Shown: one piece after another, positions 19,380-28,386 of the stretch
Layout: every line of letters begins with the position of its first letter
How positions within the stretch are numbered: the stretch's first letter is position 1
Sequence record: PZ445450.1
Source: a phage
Reading direction: 5' to 3' (one strand)
Length of the DNA: 64,000 bases
The notes under the pieces: model-generated
What the model saw: only the letters and a program-made list of their open reading frames with translations
What the model was told of the DNA's origin: nothing
Databases searched by the model: none
Made by a program: the position numbers and the translations under genes

Positions 19380-19751
19380 ATGGAATTTATTATTTTGGCC
19401 GTATTAGTTGCCTTGTTTAACGCCTGGATCGCTGGCAAGATGGGTAGATCCGCCTTTTTATGGTTTATTATATCTATTTTCCTGGGGGTGGTTGCAACTA
19501 TTGTACTTGTTATCCTTGCAATTGTTGACAAAGGCGATAATAGAAAGGGTAAAGTATTTTCCGACCTGTATGACGCGCAAACATTTGTCAACGCCTATTA
19601 TAGTGATCTTCCAGTCTCCCTACGCTGCAGCCTTGCACAACAGGTTTTCGATGAAGCTAAAACCAGAGATCACGCCCATGAGATTTGTTTAACTGAGGCG
19701 GATCGCCTATTTGAGAGGAATAGAAAATATGTGGGCCAGCCGTTTAAATAA
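19380..19751 (+). CDS. Putative membrane protein
   Basis: AAAGAGG RBS; two hydrophobic helices. Confidence 0.5.
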   Translation: MEFIILAVLVALFNAWIAGKMGRSAFLWFIISIFLGVVATIVLVILAIVDKGDNRKGKVFSDLYDAQTFVNAYYSDLPVSLRCSLAQQVFDEAKTRDHAHEICLTEADRLFERNRKYVGQPFK

Positions 19752-19974
19752 TACCACGTTAATTAATCCCTTTGATGAAGATTTGAAGCCAGCCGCCTGG
19801 CGTGATGGATTCAATAACGAACGCTTTATTTTCAGGCCTGATCTTAAGGAATTTTATAACAATGGATCGAACAACGACAGAGATAATTTTTCTTGTGATG
19901 TGCGTGGTGATGGTACTCCTGGGGGCCATTGTAAACCACGTCACTACTACCAGGATGAAAGGGGGAGACGATGA
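19729..19974 (+). CDS. Hypothetical protein
   Basis: GAGAGG RBS; stop overlaps next start (ATGA). Confidence 0.35.
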   Translation: MWASRLNNTTLINPFDEDLKPAAWRDGFNNERFIFRPDLKEFYNNGSNNDRDNFSCDVRGDGTPGGHCKPRHYYQDERGRR

Positions 19975-20090
19975 CAACCAAGGATAAGCCCCGCACCGAT
20001 AAGGTGCGCCGGGTTATGGTATGGCTTGAGATCATCGCCCTTGAAATATTGTTAGGCGTAGGGATGTATTTTATCGCTGTAAGTAACTGA
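19971..20090 (+). CDS. Small membrane peptide (39 aa)
   Basis: GGGGGAGA RBS; hydrophobic core; terminator follows. Confidence 0.4.
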   Translation: MTTKDKPRTDKVRRVMVWLEIIALEILLGVGMYFIAVSN

Positions 20091-20093
20091 TAA

Positions 20094-20126
20094 CGGCCCC
20101 CGATCCCTGGGGGCCTAACTTTTTCA
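20094..20126 (+). terminator. Rho-independent terminator
   Basis: ggcccccgatccctgggggcc followed by taactttttc. Confidence 0.65.
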
Positions 20127-20234
20127 AAAAATTTTTCTTCCGGGGTGTTGCAATCCGGTCCGAAATATGGATAATAATAATAATCAACGGGGAGCTAATC
20201 CCCACCAACACAAAAACCAGAAAGGAGAAACAAA

Positions 20235-20435
20235 ATGAGCAACAATATCCGCGTTATTAACTTCAAAAAAGAAGAAAAAATTGCCGTGCTGATTGACGGT
20301 CAAGAAATCTTCAAGGGCGACTATGAAGATCATCAAACGGCGATTAGTATCACTCGCGTGATTGGTTACCATAATTTTTACCCCCAAGGCGCTGAGGCAG
20401 CTGTTAAACGAATCAAAGAGATTGTAGGCCTGTAA
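20235..20435 (+). CDS. Hypothetical protein
   Basis: Leader hairpin ggggagctaatcccc plus ACCAACACAAA plus AAAGGAGAAA RBS. Confidence 0.55.
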   Translation: MSNNIRVINFKKEEKIAVLIDGQEIFKGDYEDHQTAISITRVIGYHNFYPQGAEAAVKRIKEIVGL

Positions 20436-20438
20436 AAT

Positions 20439-20484
20439 TTATTTTTAGATGGCCTTGACTCCAGGGCCATCAATAAAGTAAATT
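20439..20484 (+). repeat. Intergenic palindromic repeat, copy C
   Basis: Identical 44-nt core. Confidence 0.7.
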
Positions 20485-20528
20485 TAAACCCTGTTAAAAT
20501 ACCACGCAGTTAACAAGGAGTGATAGAC

Positions 20529-20828
20529 ATGTTTATCCAGGCTAATAATCTTTATTTCTTTGATGGTCAGATCGTAGACGGCGTGGAAGTAGAGATCACC
20601 GGGTGCCCTGGCGGTCAGGTTATGACTTTTCGGAATAATGCCTTTGATGATTCTCATATCGTTATGAGAATGGAAGTTAGTAAGCTGGACGATAAGAAAA
20701 CACTCATTGATTATTCCGTGAAAGATCATCCAGACTACCACATGATCTATGGCGATTTGTGCATTGTTGACCGTGACAAGGTGAACGGCATTGTGATCGC
20801 TATTGTGAACGATGTTTTCTCAAACTAG
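20529..20828 (+). CDS. Hypothetical protein
   Basis: AAGGAG RBS before ATG 20529. Confidence 0.5.
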   Translation: MFIQANNLYFFDGQIVDGVEVEITGCPGGQVMTFRNNAFDDSHIVMRMEVSKLDDKKTLIDYSVKDHPDYHMIYGDLCIVDRDKVNGIVIAIVNDVFSN

Positions 20829-20845
20829 TTTCAGCAGGTTATTTT

Positions 20846-21196
20846 ATGAAAGTAAAACTATATTACCTTAATGAGCTTAACCCCCTTGCCCAGGTCCGCG
20901 CCCTGGCTAATACCTTGATTTGTGAGAAATCTGTATATTGTGTTGAGATTAACGCCATGCGTGAACGTCTCAAAGGTGGTTACTTTGACATCCATGCTGC
21001 AATCAACGGCCTGAATATGGAATTTATCCGCTTACGTAACAGCCGCCAGAGTCTGGCAAGAATGGAACAAGATCCGGCCCACCTTCGTAAGCTGGTTATT
21101 GAAAACCATCTGATGTTCAATGCCGATGGCGATTATTACCATTTTCACCGTAAACGCTGGTACCGTAGCGGCAATATAGGAAATAATGCAAAATAA
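20846..21196 (+). CDS. Hypothetical protein
   Basis: 116 aa ORF, weak RBS. Confidence 0.4.
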   Translation: MKVKLYYLNELNPLAQVRALANTLICEKSVYCVEINAMRERLKGGYFDIHAAINGLNMEFIRLRNSRQSLARMEQDPAHLRKLVIENHLMFNADGDYYHFHRKRWYRSGNIGNNAK

Positions 21197-21397
21197 GGCC
21201 CCCGGCAGGGCCTACAGCGATATAATCATCTAAAGGCTATGCAACCGCATGGCCTTTATTATTTTGGCGTTACAGCGGCCCCAAGGCGCTTAAAAATTTT
21301 TTTAAAGAAGTGCTTGCATCAAGTCCTACAATATGGATAATAGGACGTGTCAGGGGGCGGCCCCCAATCATTAACCGGATAGATAGGAGTTAAAACT

Positions 21398-21682
21398 ATG
21401 GCTATTGTTACCGTTGGCGATGTAGTAGAAATGGAAGCCAAATACTTAAAAGCGGGTATGCATATCCTACGCAACGATCTTGAGCTAGTCCTGACAATGG
21501 TCGACTATAATCCCGGCCAGGATTATCCAAGCATCGACTACTTTTTTGAGTATGTTGATGAAGAGCTAAAAGAAGACGAAGCCTATTGCGGTGAATTTTG
21601 CAACTTCTTTTGCCCTGATGAGGTTGTAAAAGTTATCTATCAACCTGGCGTACCTTTCCCGTTGCACGCCATCAATAAATAA
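21398..21682 (+). CDS. Hypothetical protein
   Basis: Leader hairpin gggggcggccccc; TAGGAG RBS. Confidence 0.5.
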   Translation: MAIVTVGDVVEMEAKYLKAGMHILRNDLELVLTMVDYNPGQDYPSIDYFFEYVDEELKEDEAYCGEFCNFFCPDEVVKVIYQPGVPFPLHAINK

Positions 21683-21744
21683 GCCTAGCGGGGCCGAAAA
21701 GGCCCCTCCTGAAATTATGAAAAAATAAAGAGGGGTAAATCATC

Positions 21745-21981
21745 ATGATTGAACAAATTAAAAGCACTAAACCGAACGTTAACGGCAATGTTTCTCACTT
21801 TATTGGTGATAATGAAAGAGGGACACCGTACGCTGCGGTAACAGTTCAACCGAACGGGGATTATTGGTTTACTGTATACGGATCTTATTCTTTTGGGCGT
21901 CCGGTGCATGATAGAATTTTAAAAGTAGCTAATCCGACCGGGAAGAATATCACAGCAGAAAAATTTTTTGAAAATAGTTGA
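21745..21981 (+). CDS. Hypothetical protein
   Basis: AAAGAGGGG RBS. Confidence 0.5.
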   Translation: MIEQIKSTKPNVNGNVSHFIGDNERGTPYAAVTVQPNGDYWFTVYGSYSFGRPVHDRILKVANPTGKNITAEKFFENS

Positions 21982-22005
21982 CATGACCGTATAAGACTGT
22001 AGTAT
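21978..22005 (+). promoter_or_regulatory. Sigma70-like promoter
   Basis: TTGACA, 16 nt spacer, TAGTAT. Confidence 0.5.
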
Positions 22006-22053
22006 ATAAATCAAAGGGGGCAAGCCCCACCAACCACAAAGAGGATAAAAATC

Positions 22054-22233
22054 ATGGCTATTATTGCAAAGACCGAGATTGTAGGGTTAGATTCTATTCT
22101 CCTGGCATATGAGGAAGCTATAGAAATGTATGTGGTTTCCTACGGTGAGTATATCCGTGAATATAAATCTGTTGATCTAGCTTTTGAATGTTATATTCGC
22201 CAGGTCAATAAAGCATATGATGATTATCGTTAA
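22054..22233 (+). CDS. Hypothetical small protein (59 aa)
   Basis: Leader hairpin gggggcaagcccc plus ACCAACCACAAAGAGGA; absent from the ORF track. Confidence 0.5.
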   Translation: MAIIAKTEIVGLDSILLAYEEAIEMYVVSYGEYIREYKSVDLAFECYIRQVNKAYDDYR

Positions 22234-22318
22234 AATAGTTTGACAACAATTATAAATCGGGTAGAATGTATTTCGTAGGGCGGCAATGATGCCGCTCACA
22301 ACTAGAAGAGGGGTCATC

Positions 22319-22513
22319 ATGGCGCTTAAAAAACTAACAAGCAATACTCGTTGGGATGAAATCGACGGGGAAGTTTACATTTTCGCCCGTAAACCAGGGG
22401 ATCAAAAATGGTCAAAGGCTTTTACTTGCCACCCTGCAACAATAGACCTGATAAAAAGGGAAGGTCTACGTGAAGCAGTATCAAGAAGCCTACTGATCCC
22501 TTGTAAAAAATAG
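22319..22513 (+). CDS. Hypothetical protein
   Basis: AGAGGGG RBS before ATG 22319. Confidence 0.4.
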   Translation: MALKKLTSNTRWDEIDGEVYIFARKPGDQKWSKAFTCHPATIDLIKREGLREAVSRSLLIPCKK

Positions 22514-22709
22514 TTGGACAATACGCGGTTACCTGGTAAAGTGTACGACATAGGGCGGGGCAATAAGGCAACGCCCATTAATGAGGGTGGAATCATGTTA
22601 GAGAAAATTTTCACGGTTGTAGTAGTGGGCCTGGCGTTATCGGTTGGAGTAGTTGCAACTATGGCTAACATGATCCTATCTTCCCACGGTATTGGATAAG
22701 GTGAATCAA

Positions 22710-22925
22710 ATGATCACGAATAAAACAGGTAAAACAGAATTTTTACGCGGCTTGCAGATCGGCAAGCCTGAGATCTGGTATTGCACTAAAACACCACGTG
22801 ACGAAATGAAAGACTTCACCGCCACGCTACAACGGGTAAAGATATCCATCACACAGAAAAAGGCCTTGATAGTGGTGGAAGGTGAGATCCCCCAAGCCGT
22901 TGTTATAGTTGAGCGTACAGCATAG
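22710..22925 (+). CDS. Hypothetical protein
   Basis: ORF with weak RBS. Confidence 0.35.
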   Translation: MITNKTGKTEFLRGLQIGKPEIWYCTKTPRDEMKDFTATLQRVKISITQKKALIVVEGEIPQAVVIVERTA

Positions 22926-23014
22926 TTTAATCTATACCGTACACCCCATTAACTAACAAAGCATAAACAGGCGGCGGTGACCGCCTTAAACGCAACAGAA
23001 AGAGGATAGACACA

Positions 23015-23299
23015 ATGAAAAAGATGATCGCAGTGGTTGCCCTGGTTGTTGGACTTAATGCGCCTGCAATGGCTAAAGAGCTGGCAAAAGAGGTAGATCT
23101 AACTGATATCCATGCCGTCAATCAAATCGGGGTTACTTATCGCTTATGCCTTGCCGCTAAAACTTTTAAGGACGGCACTACAGAGTACTACGGATTCGAG
23201 GGCGTCCGGTGCGGTGAACTTGCTCGCGACCTTAAAGAAGATCCAGACCTGGAGGATCTGCCGATAACCGTAAACGGGAAAACTTACGTGAACCGTTAA
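23015..23299 (+). CDS. Putative secreted/periplasmic protein
   Basis: N-terminal signal-peptide-like MKKMIAVVALVVGLNAPAMA; AAAGAGGA RBS. Confidence 0.55.
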   Translation: MKKMIAVVALVVGLNAPAMAKELAKEVDLTDIHAVNQIGVTYRLCLAAKTFKDGTTEYYGFEGVRCGELARDLKEDPDLEDLPITVNGKTYVNR

Positions 23300-23301
23300 C
23301 C

Positions 23302-23436
23302 ATGAGAAAGATAATTATTACCATAGGGATCGTGGCGGCAATGTTGGCGATCTTTCCCCTTATGGTTAGGTATGTGCTGATCAGTGTTGTCCTGGTAGTC
23401 AGCGATCTAATGTTATATATTAACTCATTGTTTTAG
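23302..23436 (+). CDS. Small membrane peptide (44 aa)
   Basis: Hydrophobic; directly follows the upstream stop. Confidence 0.35.
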   Translation: MRKIIITIGIVAAMLAIFPLMVRYVLISVVLVVSDLMLYINSLF

Positions 23437-23444
23437 GTGGAATA

Positions 23445-23636
23445 ATGACAGCAGAAGAAGTTAAAAAAGTACTGGCAGTACTACGTTACCATAATCATTG
23501 CAAGGTGAAGAATGATCCTGATTATCTCGATTCATCCCTTGAAGAGGATACACTGCAAGCCATAAGCAACATGCAAGAATTGCTTAAGCGTATGACAGAG
23601 AAAAACCGACCGGACTATATAGGCGAAAAAATATAA
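23445..23636 (+). CDS. Hypothetical protein
   Basis: AGGTGG RBS. Confidence 0.45.
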   Translation: MTAEEVKKVLAVLRYHNHCKVKNDPDYLDSSLEEDTLQAISNMQELLKRMTEKNRPDYIGEKI

Positions 23637-23652
23637 TCTTTATAAACCATAA

Positions 23653-23682
23653 AACAGGGCTTGTAATGGTCCTGTTTTTTGT
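23653..23682 (+). terminator. Rho-independent terminator
   Basis: acagggc-ttgtaatg-gtcctgt followed by tttttt. Confidence 0.6.
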
Positions 23683-23696
23683 TATACTTATTTCAC

Positions 23697-23743
23697 GGCA
23701 GGCACCTGGCGACGGGGGGAGACAATCACCGGGGGTGCCTGTC
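23697..23743 (-). repeat. Conserved 17-nt element, copy 3 (inverted), within a perfect 8-bp inverted repeat
   Basis: caggcacc...ggagacaatcaccggg...ggtgcctg. Confidence 0.55.
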
Positions 23744-23765
23744 ATATAAAAAACTATAAAAACCG

Positions 23766-23794
23766 TTGACACCTGCCAGGCGGTGGGGTAACAT
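23766..23794 (+). promoter_or_regulatory. Sigma70-like promoter
   Basis: TTGACA, 17 nt spacer, TAACAT. Confidence 0.45.
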
Positions 23795-23848
23795 TTATCT
23801 TGAAGGGGCAAAAGTGCTCACACAACAACCAGAAGAGAGGAAAACGCC

Positions 23849-24121
23849 ATGTTAAGCTGGATTAACCAAGAAGTCGAATCACGTTTTAATACTATTTAGG
23901 ATCTCATCGAAAAAGAGGACGGAACATCAAGCCCTTATCTCAATAATCTTGAATTCCATTTCGTGGAAGCGATGAACGCAGAACATGATCACGAAGGTGG
24001 TGCGGACGAGTTCGCTAAAGGGTATGGCTTCAACAATGCCAACGAAATGATCGAGGCGGTTGTACTCCAGGCTGAGGAAGATTATCAATTAAAAACGCTT
24101 GAATTCTGCCGCCGTAAGTAA
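23849..24121 (+). pseudogene. Small ORF interrupted by an in-frame TAG at codon 17 (23897-23899)
   Basis: Strong RBS AGAGAGGAAAA plus ATG; reading frame stays open for 73 codons after the TAG to a TAA at 24119. Confidence 0.4.
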
Positions 24122-24183
24122 TAAGATAATGACACGGGCCAAAAGGCCCACTAATCAGAACCGCACAAAAAGAGAGAAAGAAA

Positions 24184-24402
24184 ATGGCAACCCGTAAAAT
24201 TAAAGTTGTTTGCATTGAATCAACTGGTAGCGCTTTTGTAGTTGGTCAGAAATATAATGCGGTTTTAATGGGTACGGATTGGAAGGTTAAAGGCCTTGAT
24301 GGTTACGAATACGGCACTACTCGGGGATTGCGTGGTCGAATCGGATACGTGAGTTTTGACAACAAAGAAAAATTTGTTTTCGATATTGTTGTGAGTAAAT
24401 AG
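24184..24402 (+). CDS. Hypothetical protein
   Basis: Leader hairpin gggccaaaaggccc; AAAGAGAGAAAG RBS. Confidence 0.5.
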   Translation: MATRKIKVVCIESTGSAFVVGQKYNAVLMGTDWKVKGLDGYEYGTTRGLRGRIGYVSFDNKEKFVFDIVVSK

Positions 24403-24458
24403 CAATTCATGCTATATTATCAACTAATCAAAACGAACCGCATAAAGAGGAAAACATC

Positions 24459-24722
24459 ATGAAACGTCTTGACCAGCTCAAACTAGTTCAGTACATGGCT
24501 TACAGAATTCTTGAAGTCCAAAAAGGTAGCAAAAAAGAAGTTTGCGAGAAAGCGTACAAGATCTTTACTCGCAAAAAAGACGATTGGATGTTACGCCAGA
24601 CCAAAAAAGCCGATATCTTGGGGTACCTGGAAGAAGAGATCCGGCTTGAAGAACAAGAAGAGATCCGCCGTAGTGAGGCAGATTATCAGGCAGCTTGGGA
24701 AAACTGGATGAGCAACAAATAA
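24459..24722 (+). CDS. Hypothetical protein
   Basis: AAAGAGGAAAA RBS; charged, helical composition. Confidence 0.5.
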   Translation: MKRLDQLKLVQYMAYRILEVQKGSKKEVCEKAYKIFTRKKDDWMLRQTKKADILGYLEEEIRLEEQEEIRRSEADYQAAWENWMSNK

Positions 24723-24788
24723 TACAACAGGTTGCATGGTCAGGGGCGATAAAGCCCCTTGATCACATAAAAATTATGCTATCCCTTG

Positions 24789-24817
24789 TTGACAGGGATC
24801 GGCAGTTTTGCTATATT
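24789..24817 (+). promoter_or_regulatory. Sigma70-like promoter
   Basis: TTGACA, 17 nt spacer, TATATT. Confidence 0.55.
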
Positions 24818-24866
24818 CTTTTTTGAAGGGAAGTTGTAAGAAAATTAACTAAGAGGTAAAAACACC

Positions 24867-25286
24867 ATGAACATTAAATCTGATAATCCGGCATATAGCT
24901 TTGATAACGCTTTTTGTCACGGTCCGGCGGCGAAAGGATTCGAAATCGATGGTAAACTAATTATTGTCAATGTTGACGGGGAAGAGGTTGCAGTATATCC
25001 GGTGGCAGACGTTAAAAGCCGTCTACAATGCCGCATAGATGTTACCGCCTATCAGCTTGATCCGGTCCGGGTAGTTGCCCTGGTCCTGGAAGAAGAAATT
25101 AAAGCAATGCACCACAGCAACAAGTTTATTGGTGACGCTCAAGATAATATGCAGGTATGCCGCTATAAAGTTAATGAAGTGCTTAAAGAGTACGGCTATA
25201 AGGATTTAATGATCAAGCGCGATGAAAAATTCCGCTACCGTAACAACCTGGCAAATCGGATTTTTGAAATATACGAATCATTATAA
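24867..25286 (+). CDS. Hypothetical protein
   Basis: AAGAGGTAAAAA RBS; 139 aa. Confidence 0.55.
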   Translation: MNIKSDNPAYSFDNAFCHGPAAKGFEIDGKLIIVNVDGEEVAVYPVADVKSRLQCRIDVTAYQLDPVRVVALVLEEEIKAMHHSNKFIGDAQDNMQVCRYKVNEVLKEYGYKDLMIKRDEKFRYRNNLANRIFEIYESL

Positions 25287-25305
25287 TTTCTTAACTGAAT
25301 TATCA

Positions 25306-25332
25306 AGGGGCTTAAAGGCCCCTTTCTTTTTG
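25306..25332 (+). terminator. Rho-independent terminator closing the + strand arm
   Basis: ggggcttaaaggcccc followed by tttcttttt. Confidence 0.7.
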
Positions 25333-26237
25333 TCTGCTCTTCTCCTACCATAAACGGCCCTACCTGGCAAGTGGAATAATTGACTAGCCATCAATCCCAC
25401 ATACTGTACAAATATACATGGAAAATAACTATTGCATAATCTTTCATTGTGCGGTAGCAGGGCCATTTTTACCCGTTTTCTCTCCCAAAAGTGCACGTAA
25501 TGCCGCTATTGCACAAATTTTAACCTGATGCACATATCCAATATCTTGTCAACAACTAAAAATCTTTATAAGTCATACACTTATACAGCATCGAAAGCGT
25601 GTTCTACGTGAAAAATCGAGTATAACTATAGCCGCCAGATCTCAGAATTCACGTACGCACGCCATTCTATAGCCTGCAAAGTATTTATTCCAACCACAGA
25701 ATAACGGAATAGTCAATACCTGCATAAAATAATTATTCGTGTAAACTGCATAACATAAATCAGCTCAGGTGTCAACATTTTTCGTAAACAGTCCGAAATT
25801 ATCACGATGAGTTATCATAAACAGAGAAATCTTTAGTCGTCTAATGTTTACTGTACATTACTATACTGACTGGAATCATTAGATGACTAAGAAAAAGATA
25901 AGAAATAATTAATAATGTAATTGTTTTATCTGTAACAATAAGGCAACCATGCAAACGAATGTCATGGCGCGACGGAGTCGCGACATAATATAAAAGCAGT
26001 AACCATCACCCCCGTGATAGTTTGTCTGCAATCTATTATTCAGATCATAGTTGCCTTGTATTTAGTTAATCATGACATAACAAGCAAGGCAACTATAGCT
26101 CTGATAATAGTTGCCCTGCTTTTATATTATGTCATAGATTGTTAGCTTGTTAACTGTCAGCCTGTTGGCTGTTAGCTTGTCAATTATTAAATTGCTAATC
26201 TTTATCATGCAAACGAATGTCATGGCTTATCATCTCT

Positions 26238-26294
26238 GTGTAAACAGTTTGGGCGTAAACTATTCAGGCGTAAACAGTCTATGCGTAAACAGTG
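26238..26294. repeat. Tandem approx 15-bp repeats with core GCGTAAACAG (4 copies)
   Basis: tgtgtaaacag / gcgtaaactat / gcgtaaacagt / gcgtaaacagt in tandem; GTAAACAG occurs at least 7 times between 25.7 and 27.4 kb. Confidence 0.6.
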
Positions 26295-27837
26295 AGATAT
26301 GGAATAGTAACAGCCGTTATTGTGTCATATTGTGTGACATTGTGTCCGGTGTCTGGTGTCCAGTGTGTCAGACAAGTTTTTCTCCTCTTTGTCAAGTGCT
26401 GCATGAAAAATTTACAAACTGGTATGGTAGCATTTTTGCGGCCCTGTTTACATTCAGTTGTGTATGTATAACCCTTGTTGTGTGGGCGTTTAGACGTCTA
26501 GACGGTTGGAAGTCTGCAGGTCAATATCTAATCTATCGGCTGCTAACTATATCCCACACAAATAGTAAGAAATATAATTGTTATGTGCGTAAACAGTAAC
26601 TCATGTTATCAATCCCTGTATGTATCGCCAGTGGTGCGCATAATGGGTATTATGTTAAATTGCCCGTAATGATAATGGTTCTCACAATGATAGGTATTCT
26701 CATTCATCCACACAAAATAGGTTGCAAATGTTGTGCCACTGTGTGAACGGCCTGGCCTATTAATTTCCCTCACTGCCTCGATATTTGAGAATTGTTATAA
26801 GAATGAGAAGTATTCCCATTTCGTCCGCCTGGCAGCACTCCTGTAGTCCTACAAGGACTCTAGCTGAAAGCTAGACCCTTCGGGCCTCCCTGCAGGTCAG
26901 GTCAAAATCGTGGTAGAATTGGGCTTATTCAGATATTTCTGGCCGACTCTTCAGGTCTGTGTGGGAAAAGCCAACCTCTCCGGCGGGGCAGGGGGAGGTC
27001 AATTAAAAAATTTACGTGGTGTATGAAGCGCTCTTCAGGTAAGGCAGGTATTATGGGATGAAACCCTCTTCAGGCAATGATATTTGTGGGTGTGATATTT
27101 GCTGGAAAGCCAGATATGACGGGACTCCCGGCGGGGATGGGGCAGTACAGACAGGGAAAATATGGGGATGTAGTTGGGTAAATTGATCAGACAGGTAGAG
27201 TATGGAATATGTTACAAGTATGTTAAATATGGAGGGTGAATATCTGTAGGATTTGTGTGTAAAATCAAAGACTTAAGCGGTGTTGTGGTATTTTCTATAA
27301 ATAATTCAAGTTTAATAGGTAATATTTGTCTCTATCCACTCTGTGTGGTAAACAGATTCAGATGATATTGGTTTGCAAGTGTATACATAATATACAAATT
27401 AAAGATACAAGAAACCCCCCTCCCCCTTCGGCTACCATTCACCTTTTCCTCTGACTGGTACTTAAACACTTATTCAGACTCTTCAGGTTATCACCCATAT
27501 ATCATATGGCAGTGACTGGTGTCCTCCGGCCCCTCTTTCGTCACCCGTCCGCTTCGCCATGCTAATGCCATAGCCAAATGTTCGGTTGTTCACCCTGTTC
27601 ACTCAGGTGTATCTCCATACCCCTTCAAACCGAAGAGAACAGAAAACCCGAATTACTCGGTAAAAGAAAAGAGAAGAACTTAATTTTATCATGATAGGCA
27701 AGAATGTCAAGGCATGACTGCTCACTAAACAAGCAAACAGTCATGTGTGGAAGGTAAGTGATTGTGGTGGTAGGAAATTTAGTTGAAAGATGTGTTATAG
27801 GTGCTCCCAGCACTTTAGCCGGGTAGCTAATTGTGTG

Positions 27838-28053
27838 TCAGTCCAGTGGTTCATCACCTACTTCACTGAAATCAATGTTCATGGTCTCCTCCCAACCATC
27901 AATCTCAGCACCAGAGTAGAGATCTTTAGGACTTACTCCCAAAGCCTCAGCAACAGAGTCTATATTTAACACCTCTGGCAGGTATGATTCATCGAATTCA
28001 AGGTAAATCAGGCCACGAGTGTTGTCAGCTCCACCAAATATTTCTATCTTCAT
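27838..28053 (-). CDS. Hypothetical acidic protein
   Basis: GAGGAG RBS before the internal ATG (MKIEIFGG...); start refined from the ORF track. Confidence 0.45.
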   Translation of the reverse strand: MKIEIFGGADNTRGLIYLEFDESYLPEVLNIDSVAEALGVSPKDLYSGAEIDGWEETMNIDFSEVGDEPLD

Positions 28054-28173
28054 GAAATCTCCTCTGGAAATGAGAATGTGAACAGGGTTTATATGTTCCA
28101 ATGCACTGGAATTATGCACGTTTGCCTCTTCAGGCCATGCTTTAGCATGAGGAACCTGTGTGGGCTCGGTGCT

Positions 28174-28386
28174 TCATAGTCTACCACCTCTGAACTCTTC
28201 GTGCTCAGGCATAATAGAGAACCAGATATCTACGATGTCTTCCCACGTTAGGTCATCAGCCTCAGGATCTACCTGGAGCGAAGATGGAGAATCTTCAGAA
28301 TTGAAGTTTTCCTCTTGCACTGGCTCAGTCAAGGGACATATAGTCACTCCTTTGGATGTCTCTTCAGACGCATGTGTGGTAGTCAT
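28174..28386 (-). CDS. Hypothetical acidic protein
   Basis: ATGA-coupled to the upstream small peptide. Confidence 0.4.
   Translation of the reverse strand: MTTTHASEETSKGVTICPLTEPVQEENFNSEDSPSSLQVDPEADDLTWEDIVDIWFSIMPEHEEFRGGRL

Noticed and set aside
26238-26294. CRISPR-like array
   Set aside because: The repeats are only about 10-15 bp with under 6-bp spacers and irregular units; they are far shorter than CRISPR repeats and no cas genes are present.
26147-26599. 150-aa ORF inside the 2.5-kb non-coding zone
   Set aside because: No SD, and the translation (VNSLGVNYSGVNSLCVNS...) is periodic because it reads through the GCGTAAACAG tandem repeats. Probably non-coding, though a small hydrophobic protein cannot be fully excluded.
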